Below, piece by piece: positions 1 to 11,259 of a DNA stretch of 64,000 nucleotides. The DNA lies in contig JBHGNT010000001.1 in assembly GCA_043228905.1 (NCBI GenBank), positions 10,726,001-10,790,000 of the forward strand, in the 5' to 3' direction. The notes under the pieces are model-generated. The model was not told the DNA's origin. It was given only the letters and a program-made list of their open reading frames with translations, and ran no database searches. Position 1 is the first letter of the stretch. The number at the start of each line of letters is the position of its first letter. Source of the DNA: Azolla caroliniana. Lineage: Eukaryota; Plantae; Polypodiophyta. The position numbers were made by a program, and so were the translations under genes.

Positions 1-1499
1 AGAGAGAAGTCAGCTTTCGGGTAGTCGGAGATCCTGGTAGTCGGGCACTTGTGCGGGCCTTATGGCCGGAAACCTTCTACGGCGAAGGTGGAGGCCATCT
101 CCGCAATGAAGGATGAATGCGGTGTCGTGAAGAAAACCGTCCACGAGCGGAATCGGTGCACAGGAGCGTAGGAACCGGCTCTTCTCGAATGTTGTCCGTA
201 GAAGATCCTAGGCAGGTAGATTTAGTGGGTAGGAAGTAAAGGGGAAACGGCTCCTTCCTTGCCTATAAAAGGAGGGAGACGCAAAGGGGGAGGGGATCGC
301 AGAGAGTCGAGGACAAAGTGCTGTCGGTTTGGGTGCGAAGGCTTCTCTCTCTCTCTGGTTCGCGAACTCCATAGCTTCCTTCTGTGCAGGTTTCGGGAGG
401 CTCGCGCTGCTCTGAGGAATGCCCGAGTGCTTCCGGCAGCACCTCCAACCTACTCCTTCCTTTTTGTGCGTTTACGAACAGGTATCGGCATCTGTTCGCC
501 GGCCTGTTCGGTTGTAACCGTCTTCGTGTTCTTGCTGTTTGGTCTTTGTTAATACATACATACATTCATGTCTCTCTGTGTCGCTGTCCCACTCGCGTCT
601 TTGTGTCGAAGGGCCGTGTCCCTGTGAATCTACTCTCGCACGTAGTGGGTCCCTTCTCCTCTCCCTCTTGCTCTTCGGTACAAGACCCCCGAGGTCCCGC
701 CTCATTCCACGCATCCGCGAGGAAAACCTCGACAGCGGGTCGGTAACAGAGGTCCGAAGGTTCTTGGGGGCGTGTGCGTTCTATCACATCTGGATTCCCC
801 ACTACGCACACGTTGCGGAATCACTCTACGGGCTACTGAAGAAGGGACGTGAGTTCGAATGGGGAAAGGAGCATACAGAGTCGATCCGAAGACTGAAAGA
901 GAGGCTTACTGTGGCACCGGCTCTCCGGAAAGCGGTTAACGGCAAGGAGATCCCAATCTACGTAACCGTAGATACGAGCCCGACCGGGATAGGATGGGTG
1001 ATGAATTAGGAGGACGAGAGCGGCACGCAATTCCCGATCCGGTTCGGGGCGAAGGTTCTCAGTGAGCGACAACGAGGATACGCCCAAGTTAAGCGCGAAC
1101 TGTGGGGTATCGTTCCGGCGGTTAAAGCCGATAAAGACTACCTGATCGGGCCAGAAGTAATCATCGAGACAGACTGCCTCCCGATCCTCGGTATGGTTTC
1201 CAGATGCGCGACTTCGGACCTAGCAATGCTCAGGTGGATCGCGAACATTAAGTCCCTAGGTTCGGAGATACGAAACATCTCCAGAAAGGACAACACCATG
1301 GCTGACATGCTTTCTAGAGCACGGTTCAACGACGAGAACTGCATGGTTTCAGAGGACGAAGAAGTCCGTGTAGACTTCTTTGAGTCGGCTTGTGTAGCGA
1401 CAAGGGCAGGGAACACTCCAGTGCTCAACGACTTCAATGAGAGCGAGTACGACAGGGAGTGGCTCCAGATTGGATGGTTCCTAAGGACAATGACACCGG
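1..1499 (+). pseudogene. gypsy pol fragment (RT C-terminus and RNase H)
   Basis: ORFs 539-1009 and 1193-1636 contain RT-thumb and RNaseH motifs. There is an in-frame stop at 1007-1009, and the solo LTR at 123-734 interrupts the fragment. Confidence 0.85.
123..734 (+). mobile_element. Solo LTR of a related gypsy family
   Basis: TGTCG...CGACA termini; 4-bp TSD GCGG (119-122 / 735-738); internal TATAAAA. Removal restores pol frame ...KDECGSVTEVRR. Ends resemble the LTR at 16164. Confidence 0.9.
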
Positions 1500-1596
1500 T
1501 GTCGTGTTGTTACGCTCTCGCATGTGAAATGAGGCGGGACCGTGGGGGCCCTGAACCAAGGAGCATGAGAAAGAAGAGGGAGAGCGATTCACTCGA

Positions 1597-1627
<31 letters not shown>

Positions 1628-2133
1628 AGGGCATAGAAGATTCAATTACAATGTCAACAACGGTTACAACCGGTAAGCCGGCAACAGACCCAAAACGGAG
1701 GTCCCACGCACACACACGGACGACACAGAGAACGCACGGAGGAGCCTCTATTGGAAGCACATAAGCTTACACTTAGTAGAGGCAACCGACATAGAAACGT
1801 GGCAGGGAGCAACTGTTGAGGAGGAGAGAGCTCGGTCCCCAGTCCGACAGCACTTCGTCCTCGCCAAAACATGATATACTCTTCCGCCTTCTCCCCTCCC
1901 TTTTATAGGTCGCTCAAGGCGCCGTTACATCAATCTCCTCAACTTTATTCCCTGTCCCCTCGGATAGAGATTCACATCGATTCCCTAGACAATTAATACC
2001 CTTCCTAGTACATATGCACATTAGTCGATCTATTCCTAGCTATGTACAATTCATAAGCACACACACACACGAAAAGGATTGGGTCACGCCTCCTCCCCTT
2101 TGATTCCTCCTAGGGGCAGTTTACTCCACGACA
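1500..2133 (-). repeat. 3' LTR of nested gypsy element
   Basis: TGTCG...CGACA termini; direct repeat of 8382-9077. Confidence 0.92.
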
Positions 2134-2206
2134 TCCACCCCCAGCAAACTGCACGTCCACCGGTATGTGCCAGGTAGGAACAACCTCGGTGGAAACCGGC
2201 CCTAGA

Positions 2207-3109
2207 TCACTCGTCATTTTCCGATCCCTCGCCTTCCCCGTTTCGGGCATCGCTGCCGCCATCGCTCGTCGAGTCCGGTTCATCCACGTGCTGCTTCTTG
2301 AACACCTTGACCCTCTTGCCGGCCACCGGTACTGCTATCCGCGTCCTATCGAGCTCCGCGAGATGATATGTGCCGTTGTCGTTCGCACTTGTCACCGTGT
2401 TGGGCCCAAACCATCTCCTCGCAAACTTATGCACCGCCTTGTGCTGATTATTGAGGCTACTGTCGTACACCAACACCCAATCGCCTTCCTCGATCTTCTT
2501 CGGTCTCAGCCGGTGTGTTCGGTCGAACTGGCCTTTGTTCCTTTCACGCGTCGTACGCAGCTTCGCCATTGCATGTTGCACGTCCTCCGGTCTTCGCTCG
2601 AGCTGCCGAATCCACGCCGCCAACAACTCTTCCCGGCTCATCTCGTCCTTCCAGTCCACCACAACCCATGAAGCGATCGTCTGTTCCACTGGCATAATCA
2701 GTTTTTGCCCGTACATCAACTCCGCCGGCATGAACCTCGTCACCGAACTGTGCGTAGTCCGGTCCGCCCACAATGCGTAGGGTAGAAGCCGCGGCCAATT
2801 CCCGACCTGCCCTTCACACGCTCGTACCAAAGCCTTCACGATCGGTCCATGTCTGCGTTCTACCTTCCCGTTCGCCTCTGGATTGTACGTTGTAGTGAGG
2901 GAGAGCTTGACCCCTAACCGGTCGAACAACTCCTCAGCTTCCCGCGCGTCCAGCTCCTCCCGATCCACTATGATTTTCCCTACGCATCCGTACGGGCACA
3001 CTACCTCTTCGATCAGGAACCGGCACACCGCCGCAGTCGTCTTGTTCGTCAGTGCGTGGCCTTCCACTTGGTTCGTTAAATCTTCCCGCGCAAGCACCAA
3101 ATATCGCAT
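2207..3109 (-). pseudogene. Integrase core and C-terminus of nested gypsy element
   Basis: 300-aa ORF with YNPEANGKVER, WPRLLPYALWADRT and WFGP motifs. The N-terminal HHCC region is missing because of a deletion junction near 3150. Confidence 0.88.
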
Positions 3110-4518
3110 CTACCCTACTCCCATCGGCATTGTCACTAAGTCCACCATCCACTTGATGTACGTGATCCACCTTAGCATTGCTAGGTCCGGAGTCGCGCAT
3201 CCGGAAACCATACCGAGAATCGGTAGGCAGTCTGTCTCGATTATTACCTCCGTCCCTATAACATAATCTTTGTTGGCCTTAACCGTCGAAACAATACCCC
3301 ATAGTTCGCGCTTAACTTGGACGTATCCTCGCTGTCACTCACTGAGAACCTTTGCCCCGAACCGGATTGGGAACCACACGCCGCTCTCGTCCTCCTAATT
3401 GATCACCCATTCGATCCCGGTCCGGCTTGTGTCAACGGTTACGTAGATGGGGATGTCCTTGCCGTAAACCGCTTTCCTGTGAGCCGGTGCTGCGGTAAGC
3501 GCCTCCTCAGTCTCCGGACCGACTCGTAGGCCCTTCTTCAACAACCAGTTTTAAATTTAAATTTGCGCCCCTTCTTCAACAACCCGTAGAGTGGATCCGC
3601 GACGTGTGCATATTGCGGAATATAGATGTGGTAGAACGCGCACGCACCTAGGAACCTCCGCACCTCCGTAACCGACTCGCACTCTTCCTTCATTACGGAG
3701 ATGGCTTCTATCTTTGCCGGAGACGGTTTCCGGCCGTAGGGCCCGCACAGGTGACTGACCACTAGGATCTCCAATTGGCCGAACACTGATTTCTCTCCGG
3801 AGAAGGTGAGCCGCATGTCCTCCAGCCTTTGCAGCACCTTCTCGCAGTCATTAATGTGGTCCACGACGAACCTCCGGCATCCGACCGACCGAATAGATTG
3901 ACCTTCCGATGAAAGCTTCTGCGAACTCGTCTATCGTCGATCCAATACCTGCATTACGAATGGTCACCCTATTGACTGGTTGCAGGCCCTAAATGAAGCG
4001 TAGCGTGCCGTTCTTTTTTGGCACGGTAAACCACCAATTCGAATATGGGGCACTCAACGGTTCGAGGATGCCCATCTCCACTTTCTACTTGAGTAGCTCC
4101 ATCAATTTCGGGATGTGAGCTCTGGATACCGGAATCGGCTTGAGATTCCACGGCACATGCGGCACCGTGAATATCACCATCGGCTTCACGATTGTCGGGT
4201 CTGCGCACCCGATCTCCTCCGGTGAGAATGCAAAGGCTTTCCTGTGCCTTTCGAGCATCCTCCGAAACCGGTCCTCCTCCGCCGGTAGTAGAAACCCACC
4301 CCCACCGACCTTGAGCTCCCGTAGCGTTATGTCGGTGAATCGGTGCCCTATGCCGAATGGTTGCCATAAACTTGGGTCCGACACGACCCCCTTTATCCGC
4401 TCTCCGCTGCCCTCCGGCAAGGGTGCCGCAATTGGCCTCACCTTCCGGTCCACAATATTGTACTTGGTATCCACGCGGGTCGTCCGACCGGACCCGACCC
4501 TTTTCCCGAAGTCAGCGA

Positions 4519-5913
4519 TGTCGTGTGGTTTTTCACACACAATATGAAAACTAGTAAAATAATTATTTAATATTAGCTTAATGTATTCATATAGATAGGT
4601 GTCTTCAAGAGTTTTATAGCGTATTTTACTACGCATGAAACGGATAAAAAAGTATCAAGTTATGTGAGTGTGAAGTTTGAAGAAGAAAAAAGAAAAGACA
4701 AAACTGAGAGATATCCCACATAGATAGGACAACATTGGAACCCAAGATATATAAGGGAAACCAAAACATATTCATTCTATCAATGTGTGGAACACAGAAT
4801 GTTCAAGGTGACTTGGGCTACATTGTGTGGTGTCCACGCTTTGAGCATACGCGCGTATGCACGATTGTGATTACGCTTCGGGCATATGTGCGTATGCACG
4901 GTCGTGTTAACGTTTCGTGCGTATGTGTGTGTGCATGGCCACGTGGACGTCTTCGGATGTATGCGTGTGTGCAAGTTTCGGGCGTATGCGTGCACGGTTG
5001 CGTGGATGTTTCGGACGAGCGCGTGGATGCGTACACGGTGCGGTCAGGACGCGCGTAAGCGTGGATGCGTAAGCGTGGATGCGTACATTGCAGCGTGGAT
5101 GCGTACATTGCAGCGCGGTTGGGACTTTTTGCGTGCGGACGCGTGTGTGCGGATGAGCGCGTGGATGCGTACAGGACGCGGTCGGGACGTGCGCATGCGT
5201 GGATGCGTACACTACGCAGTCGAGACTTTTGCGTGCGGACGCATCTACGGTTTGGTTGCGACGCACATACAGATTGCGCACGGGCTAAACTTTATGGATG
5301 ATTGAGTCATTTGGCCGAATTATACAGACAATCGCATGCAACCAAAAGCCAAGGCCATGCAACTAAAAGTAAAAGGCATGCATCTAAAAATGGAAGCATG
5401 AAATTAAAAGCAGAGGCCATGCAACTAAAAATAGAGGTCATACAACTAAAAGTGGGCATGCAAAGTAACATTGGGGAGGGAGGATCAACGAGGAGCTAGA
5501 TATGTCCCATTTTTTCCCTACTAGTTTTTTTTTTTTTCCCCTCTTCCTTCTTCTTCCCTCGAGGTTTTTGAGAAACAAATTATCTCACATATTGATATCA
5601 AACTCCTAGCTTTGGGGACTGGAACTTTCTTGTCAAAAATTATCTCTCGTATTCATATCGGACCACTCCTTGCATGGTTGTTGGCTCCTTTCTTTGAAAA
5701 ATTAATCTCTCATTTCCATACCCAACCCATTGTAACACGATTCTGAAATTATAAAGAATCGATTTTCTTTTGCAATAAAGGAATGATTTGTCTCTCCCAC
5801 CTGTCTTATGCTTAAAACTTGCTTGTGTTGTACGTGTTGCACTAAATCCTTCTAGTCCAAAACCCCGGCGGTTCCGTCTCACGATCCGCACATAGTGATG
5901 GATTTTCACGACA
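4519..5913. mobile_element. 1395-bp solo-LTR-like insertion containing internal minisatellites
   Basis: TGTCGTG...CACGACA termini; 4-bp TSD GCGA (4515-4518 / 5914-5917). Removal restores minus-strand frame EVIA|DFGKRVG. Confidence 0.85.
4850..5470. repeat. Degenerate GCGTGGATGCGTAC-type and ATGCAACTAAAA-type tandem repeats
   Basis: Repeated motifs visible at about 4850-5285 and 5330-5465 inside the 4519-5913 insertion. Confidence 0.75.
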
Positions 5914-8360
5914 GCGATGACTTCGTACATCTCCATTGAGCTTATCGGAACCGCCCGGTCTTGTCTAAGGCCTCCTTCAACAACCTCGCGTAGTTCCCCC
6001 AAGGTGTCATGGAAGGACACCGCCTCCACGGCACTACCAATCTCTTCGCCAGGACCGAGGACTCCGTACGCCCTAAGTCTTTCTTCCGCCCGCTTCTTTT
6101 CCCAGCCACTGACGTTGGCTATAGTACAACCTCCATTATCGGAGAACCAAAATTTCCTATCTATGGTACATGTGTGGGGTTCTTCTGGGGTGTCCGGACT
6201 ATCGCGGCCCCACGCCTTCATAACCCTCTCAAAAAGTCCCCTTGGCTCTCGCCGCCGAGGGTCTCACGGTTACGCTCATGGTTCGGCCTCACCGTCAAAA
6301 ATTGAACAGAGCGTTGTTCGTCCTGGCTCTTCATGCGCGCGTACGCCGATCCGTTGTCAAGCACCTTCATTTCCATCCGTGCTGCCGTAATGTATGGCTC
6401 GCCGAGTATCACCAGGTGCGAGGAGGTCTCCTACACAAAGAAGTGTGGATCTATCTCAACATCGCCGATCTTTACGCATACATTCGGGCACACACCATGC
6501 AGCTCCTCTGTAGCGCATGTCGCCGCGCGTATCTTCCACCCGTGCTTGGTGTTGATCGGCCACTTCCCCTTTTTGTAGAAGTCCATGGACATCAGATTGA
6601 TCTCCGAGCTGTGGTTTATCAATGCCACCACCGGCTCCTGCATGTCCCCAACCCGGACAGGCGTCTCTGTAGTGGCTCTGGCCAAATGCGACTTCACGCA
6701 GTAGCTGTCTGCCAACTCATCCTCTAGGTTCGTGCCTTCTAGGTGCATCGTCCGCACCTCCACGGGCTTCTCCGGCTCCGGCTCCGTCGAGAGCCGCTTT
6801 CACTTCACCAAGTCCACAATGGAGTCGTGGAACTCCTTCTTGGCGATTTTGAGCACCTCCCTCAACGACAACCCCACCTTGTTGTCGAGAATCCGCTCCC
6901 CGAGGACCTTCCGCAGGTCCGTTGACCTCTCAATCTTCGTGCTCAGCCGGTAACCGGCCCATTTCGTTTTGTCCGACACCCCGGTGTTGTCGGCATCGTT
7001 CTGCTTTGGTCTGAACCGGGTCTCGTACCGTTGTGAGGGACCAGCCCCTCAGCCCTTCCCTCGTGCTTGTCTTCTACCAGGACCTTGTAGTTCTGGCATG
7101 CGGCTTCCACAAAGCTAGTCTTCTCTTCAACCGGATTGTCCCATCCGGTGACCTCCCGGATCCGTTGTTCCGCGCGGTCCGCCTCCTGCTTCTTTAGCCG
7201 TACCTCGGAGAGGCCTTCCAGCACCGAGGGCCAGAAGCCAGAGTCCTTCGTTTTCCGGTCATCGTCACCTCCAACCCGGATACCCGCTGACGCGGAGTAG
7301 TGGACGGCCTCTGCATGTCGCGTCACATCTTCTTCCATCAAGCGCTTCATCCCGCCGCGCCCGGTGTTCAACTCTAGGGCTTTCCGCGTGTCGCCGACAT
7401 GCACTCACCCATTCCAGAGGTACACCACATTGGTCCGGAGTGCCTTTGCGAAATCCGTGCATTCTTTCCGGATGTGACCGATAGCGTCACACCACATGGA
7501 TCACTGCCCCGTCATCGAACTCCGGTCACGAGGTTAATCGCCGTCATCCCTCCGTGCTTGTGCGATCTGGAGGTCGAGCACCATTTGCATTAGCTCTTCC
7601 AGAGCCGCTCCTCCGGAAGAGCCTTTGACCACTCCGCTCGAGGTTGGGCCCGTCTCAAGCCAATTCCGAGCCTCTTCCTTCCCAACCGGCACCGATACCG
7701 GCTCCTCGAGCTTCCTCGCCGGGACCGACCCTGACGCCGATGAGCCCTCATCGCTCCATTCGCACCGCTTGTCAAAGCGGGCGTAGACTCCTTTGACCAC
7801 GGCCCAGTCGGCCGTGAGGCCTTCATCCATCTCCAATAGGAGACCCACCTTCTCCTGATCCAGCACGTGCACCAACTTTACGAATAGCAAGACCCTGCTC
7901 GTGTTGAGCACGATCCGATCCAGCGCCGACAACCGAGCGAACCGTTGTTCGAATTCCTGGAGGAGCACCGATGTGTTCCTCCCCTTTCCAGGGCTCTCAA
8001 CCCAATACATGAATTGTCATACCCGTACTTCTCGAGGAGCCACCCCTCGAGCTCCACCCAAGCCTAGCATCCGGCCAGCACCTCGAGCACGTCCGCGTGG
8101 ATGCTCGACGTCACCACTTGAGGGAATCTGGACAACCGTCTGTCCTTCGGGATGTCCCTCATGATCATTTCGGCCCGATAGGCCTCCAAATAGCTCGTGG
8201 CATTCTTCCCACCGAATCGGCCTATGGTGCCGACAATCGATTCTATGGCCCTATCAAGGGCACTCGTTCCCTCACAAGCACTCACTAGCCAGTCGACGGC
8301 TACTACCATAGCTTTAGCAAGCTCAGATCCCCTCATCCTCAACTCCTTTGCCGCCTTCTT

Positions 8361-8377
8361 TCACGTCGGGTTCACCA
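8361..8377 (-). promoter_or_regulatory. Primer-binding site complementary to tRNA-Trp 3' end
   Basis: The + strand TCACGTCGGGTTCACCA matches the recalled 3' end of plant cytosolic tRNA-Trp and lies 4 nt from the 5' LTR. Confidence 0.8.
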
Positions 8378-8381
8378 AAGA

Positions 8382-9077
8382 TGTCGTGTTGTTACGCTCT
8401 CGCGTGTGAAATGAGGCAAGACCGCGGGGGCCCTGAACCAAGGAGCGTGAGAAAGAAGAGGGAGAGTGATTCGCTCAAACACAGAGGGAGAGAAGGGCAC
8501 GGAAAATTCAATTACAATGTCAACAACGGTTACAACCAGCAAGCCGGCAACAGACCCAAAACGGAGGTCCCGCGCACACACACGGATGACACAGAGAACA
8601 CACGAAGGAGCCTCTATTGGAAGCACACGGGCTTACACGTAGCAGAGGCAACCAACACAAAAACGTGGTGGGGAGCAATTGTTGAGGAGGAGAGAGCTCG
8701 GTCCCCAGTCCGACAACACTTCGTCCTCGCCAAAACGCGATATACTCTTCCTCCTTCTCCCCTCCCTTTTATAGGTCGCTCAGGGCGCCGTTACATCAAT
8801 CTCCTCAACTTTATTCTCTGTCCCCTTGGATAAAGATTCACATCGATTCCCTAGAAAATTAATACCCTTCCTAGTACATATGCACATCAGCCGATCTATT
8901 CCTAGCTATGTACAATTCATAAGCGCACACACACGCGAAAAGGATTGGGTCACGCCTCCTCCCCTTTGATTCCTCCTAGGGGATACATATATTTTAAGAG
9001 GCTTAATCTTCTAGCTAACATGTAATCTTCCAAATTCAATAGAGTTTCTCCCTCTCAATGTTGTTTACTCCACAACA
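8382..9077 (-). repeat. 5' LTR of nested gypsy element
   Basis: Direct repeat of 1500-2133 with a shorter (AG)n and an extra ~80-bp segment at about 8983-9062. Confidence 0.92.
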
Positions 9078-10716
9078 CCGGACATGGCATGGACTAGAGA
9101 GGAGGCTAACCGGATCCGAAAGAAAGTGTACTGATTCTTCCTATGGGACGGAAGTATATGGGAGCTCCCAAAGAAGCGAGGCGGTGTTCCGCTCCGCGTA
9201 GTGGTGAAAAAGGGCGAGCAGGACAAGTTGTTAACGACGTACCACAAGAGTCCTTGGGCCGGACACTGCGGGACGTGGGCTACATTCGAGAAACTGAAAG
9301 AGAAGTATTGGTGGCCAGGGTTGTCCTGGGATGTGTACCAGTTCGTGACGATGTGCGAGAACTGTCAGTTGCACTCCACAATCCGACATCGAGATGAGCT
9401 ACACCCGACCTACCCACCAACCGTCCATTTCTAATGGATGGTAGATTTAGTAACGATGTCGATGGGGGTAGGGCAAATGCGGTACCTGGTGCTTGTGTGG
9501 GAGGATTTGACGAACCAGGTGGAGGGCCGCACATTGTAGAACAAGACAATGGCGACGGTGTGCCGGTTTCTGATCGAAGAGGTAGTATGCCGATACGGGT
9601 GCGTGGGGAAGATCATAGCGGACTGAGGAGAGTTGGGCGCACAAGAAGCTGAGGAGTTGTTCGACCGGCTAGGGGTCAATCTCTCTCTCACCACGACATA
9701 CAACCCGGAGGCCAACGGGAATGTAGAACGCGGGCACAGGCCGATCGTGAAGGCGTTGGTACGCGCGTGCGACAGACAGATCGAGAATTGGCCATGGCTC
9801 CTCCCTTACGCGTTGTGGGCGGACCAGACTACGCACAGTTCGGTGACAGGGTTCATGCCGGCAGAGCTTATGTACGGGCAGAAGCCTATCATGTCGGTAG
9901 ACGGGACGATTTCCTCCTGGGAGGTGATAGATTGGAGAAACGAGATGAGCCGGGAGGAGCTATTGGCGGCGCGGATTCGACAGCTCGAGCGAAGATCAGA
10001 GGACGTGAAGCGAGCAAAGGCGAAGCTACATGCGGCGAGGAAGAGGAATAAAGGCCAATTCGACCAAAAGCACCGACTGCGGCCAAAGAAGATCGGGGAA
10101 GGCGACTAGGTGTTGGTGTACGATAGCAGCCTCGACAACCAACACAGGGCGACGCGCAAAAGCACCGACTGCGGCCAAAGAAGATCGGGGAAGGCGACTA
10201 GGTGTTGGTGTACGATAGCAGCCTCGACAACCAGCACAGGGCAACGCGCAAAAGCACCGACTGCGGCTAAAGAAGATTGGGGAAGGCGACTGGGTGTTGG
10301 TGTACGACAGCAGCCTCGACAACCAACAAAGACCGGAGGACGTGGAGCGAGCAAAGGCGAAGCTACATGCGACGTGGAAGAGGAATAAAGGCCGGTTCGA
10401 CCAAAAGCACCGACTGTGGCCAAAGAAGATCGGGGAAGGCGATTGGGTGCTGGTGTACGACAGCAACCTCGACAACCAGCACAAGGCGACGTGCAAATTC
10501 ACAAGGAGGTGGTTCGGGCCCTACGTTGTTACGAGTGCAAATGACAACGGGACGTACCATCTTGTTGAGCTTGACGGGACGCGATTAACAGTGCCGGTAG
10601 CCGGGAAACGGATCAATGCATTCAAGAAGCGGCATGAGGACGAGCCAGACCCGGGAAGCGTGACGGACGACGACGACCGGTTCGGAGGAGACGAGGATTC
10701 GGGAGGTGGCGGATGA
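9078..10716 (+). pseudogene. Integrase of host gypsy element
   Basis: HHCC-like region (YHKSPWAGHCG...CENCQ), core YNPEANGNVER and C-terminal WFGPY; several in-frame stops. Confidence 0.88.
10066..10480 (+). repeat. 92-bp tandem triplication plus re-duplication within integrase
   Basis: AAAAGCACCGACTG recurs at about 10066, 10158, 10250 and 10403. Confidence 0.85.
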
Positions 10717-10764
10717 TTACGGGCCGGTCTTCTCTAGCAATTGTTCGCATGTGGCACATACTGG

Positions 10765-11066
10765 TGTTGAAGACAAGGCCGTCAATACGGAAGATCAAGT
10801 AGCATTCGATTGGGGTTGAGTACCTGCGTATGACAGTTTCCAAGCTCGTGCACAGAGATAGAGAGAGAGAGAGAGAGGAGGCACAAAAGACTCTTTCTAT
10901 TCAATAGAAACAATAATACAACCAACCTTACAAAAAGGTTACTAGGTCACTTTATATAGTGACAAACTTAGGGCAACTACCATTTATGCTAATTACACAA
11001 ATGGCCCAAACTTGAGCTATAGAAAGGGATAGTATGAATACGTCCATTATACACTTGTATTCGACA
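10765..11066 (-). repeat. copia 3' LTR
   Basis: Direct repeat of 15833-16132; differences seen are one AG unit and one substitution. Confidence 0.95.
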
Positions 11067-11259
11067 CTCCCCCGTAATGGGCGTATACATGGGTTATCTA
11101 AGATTACAGGTATAAACCTAGGTTCTCGGACATATCAGTTTTGTTCGAGTCGGCAGGGTCCGAAGGCAGAAGGCCGGACTGGTCGGGTCGGAAGAGTTGA
11201 AGCCGATCATTAAGGAGCTGATGTCGGTTGTCTGAAACCATCCTGCGCTGTGTCCGGCT

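Larger units (their letters stand above)
3150..8342 (-). pseudogene. gag-protease-RT-RNaseH remnants of nested gypsy element
   Basis: Fragmented ORFs: gag (RFGGKNATSYL; FEQRFARL), protease-like (VALINHSSEINLMS) and RT (PMVIFTVPHVPW; EVRRFLGACAFY). Multiple stops, frameshifts and deletions. Confidence 0.8.
1500..9077 (-). mobile_element. Nested Ty3/gypsy element with two LTRs, internally deleted and decayed
   Basis: LTRs at 1500-2133 and 8382-9077; TSD CCGG (1496-1499 / 9078-9081). Removal restores host frame MTPDMAWTREEA. gag-protease-RT-RH-INT fragments lie on the minus strand, with a PPT-like tract next to 2133. Confidence 0.93.

Noticed and set aside
4735-5305. Overlapping ORFs on both strands
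   Set aside because: Stop-poor tandem repeat inside the 4519-5913 insert.
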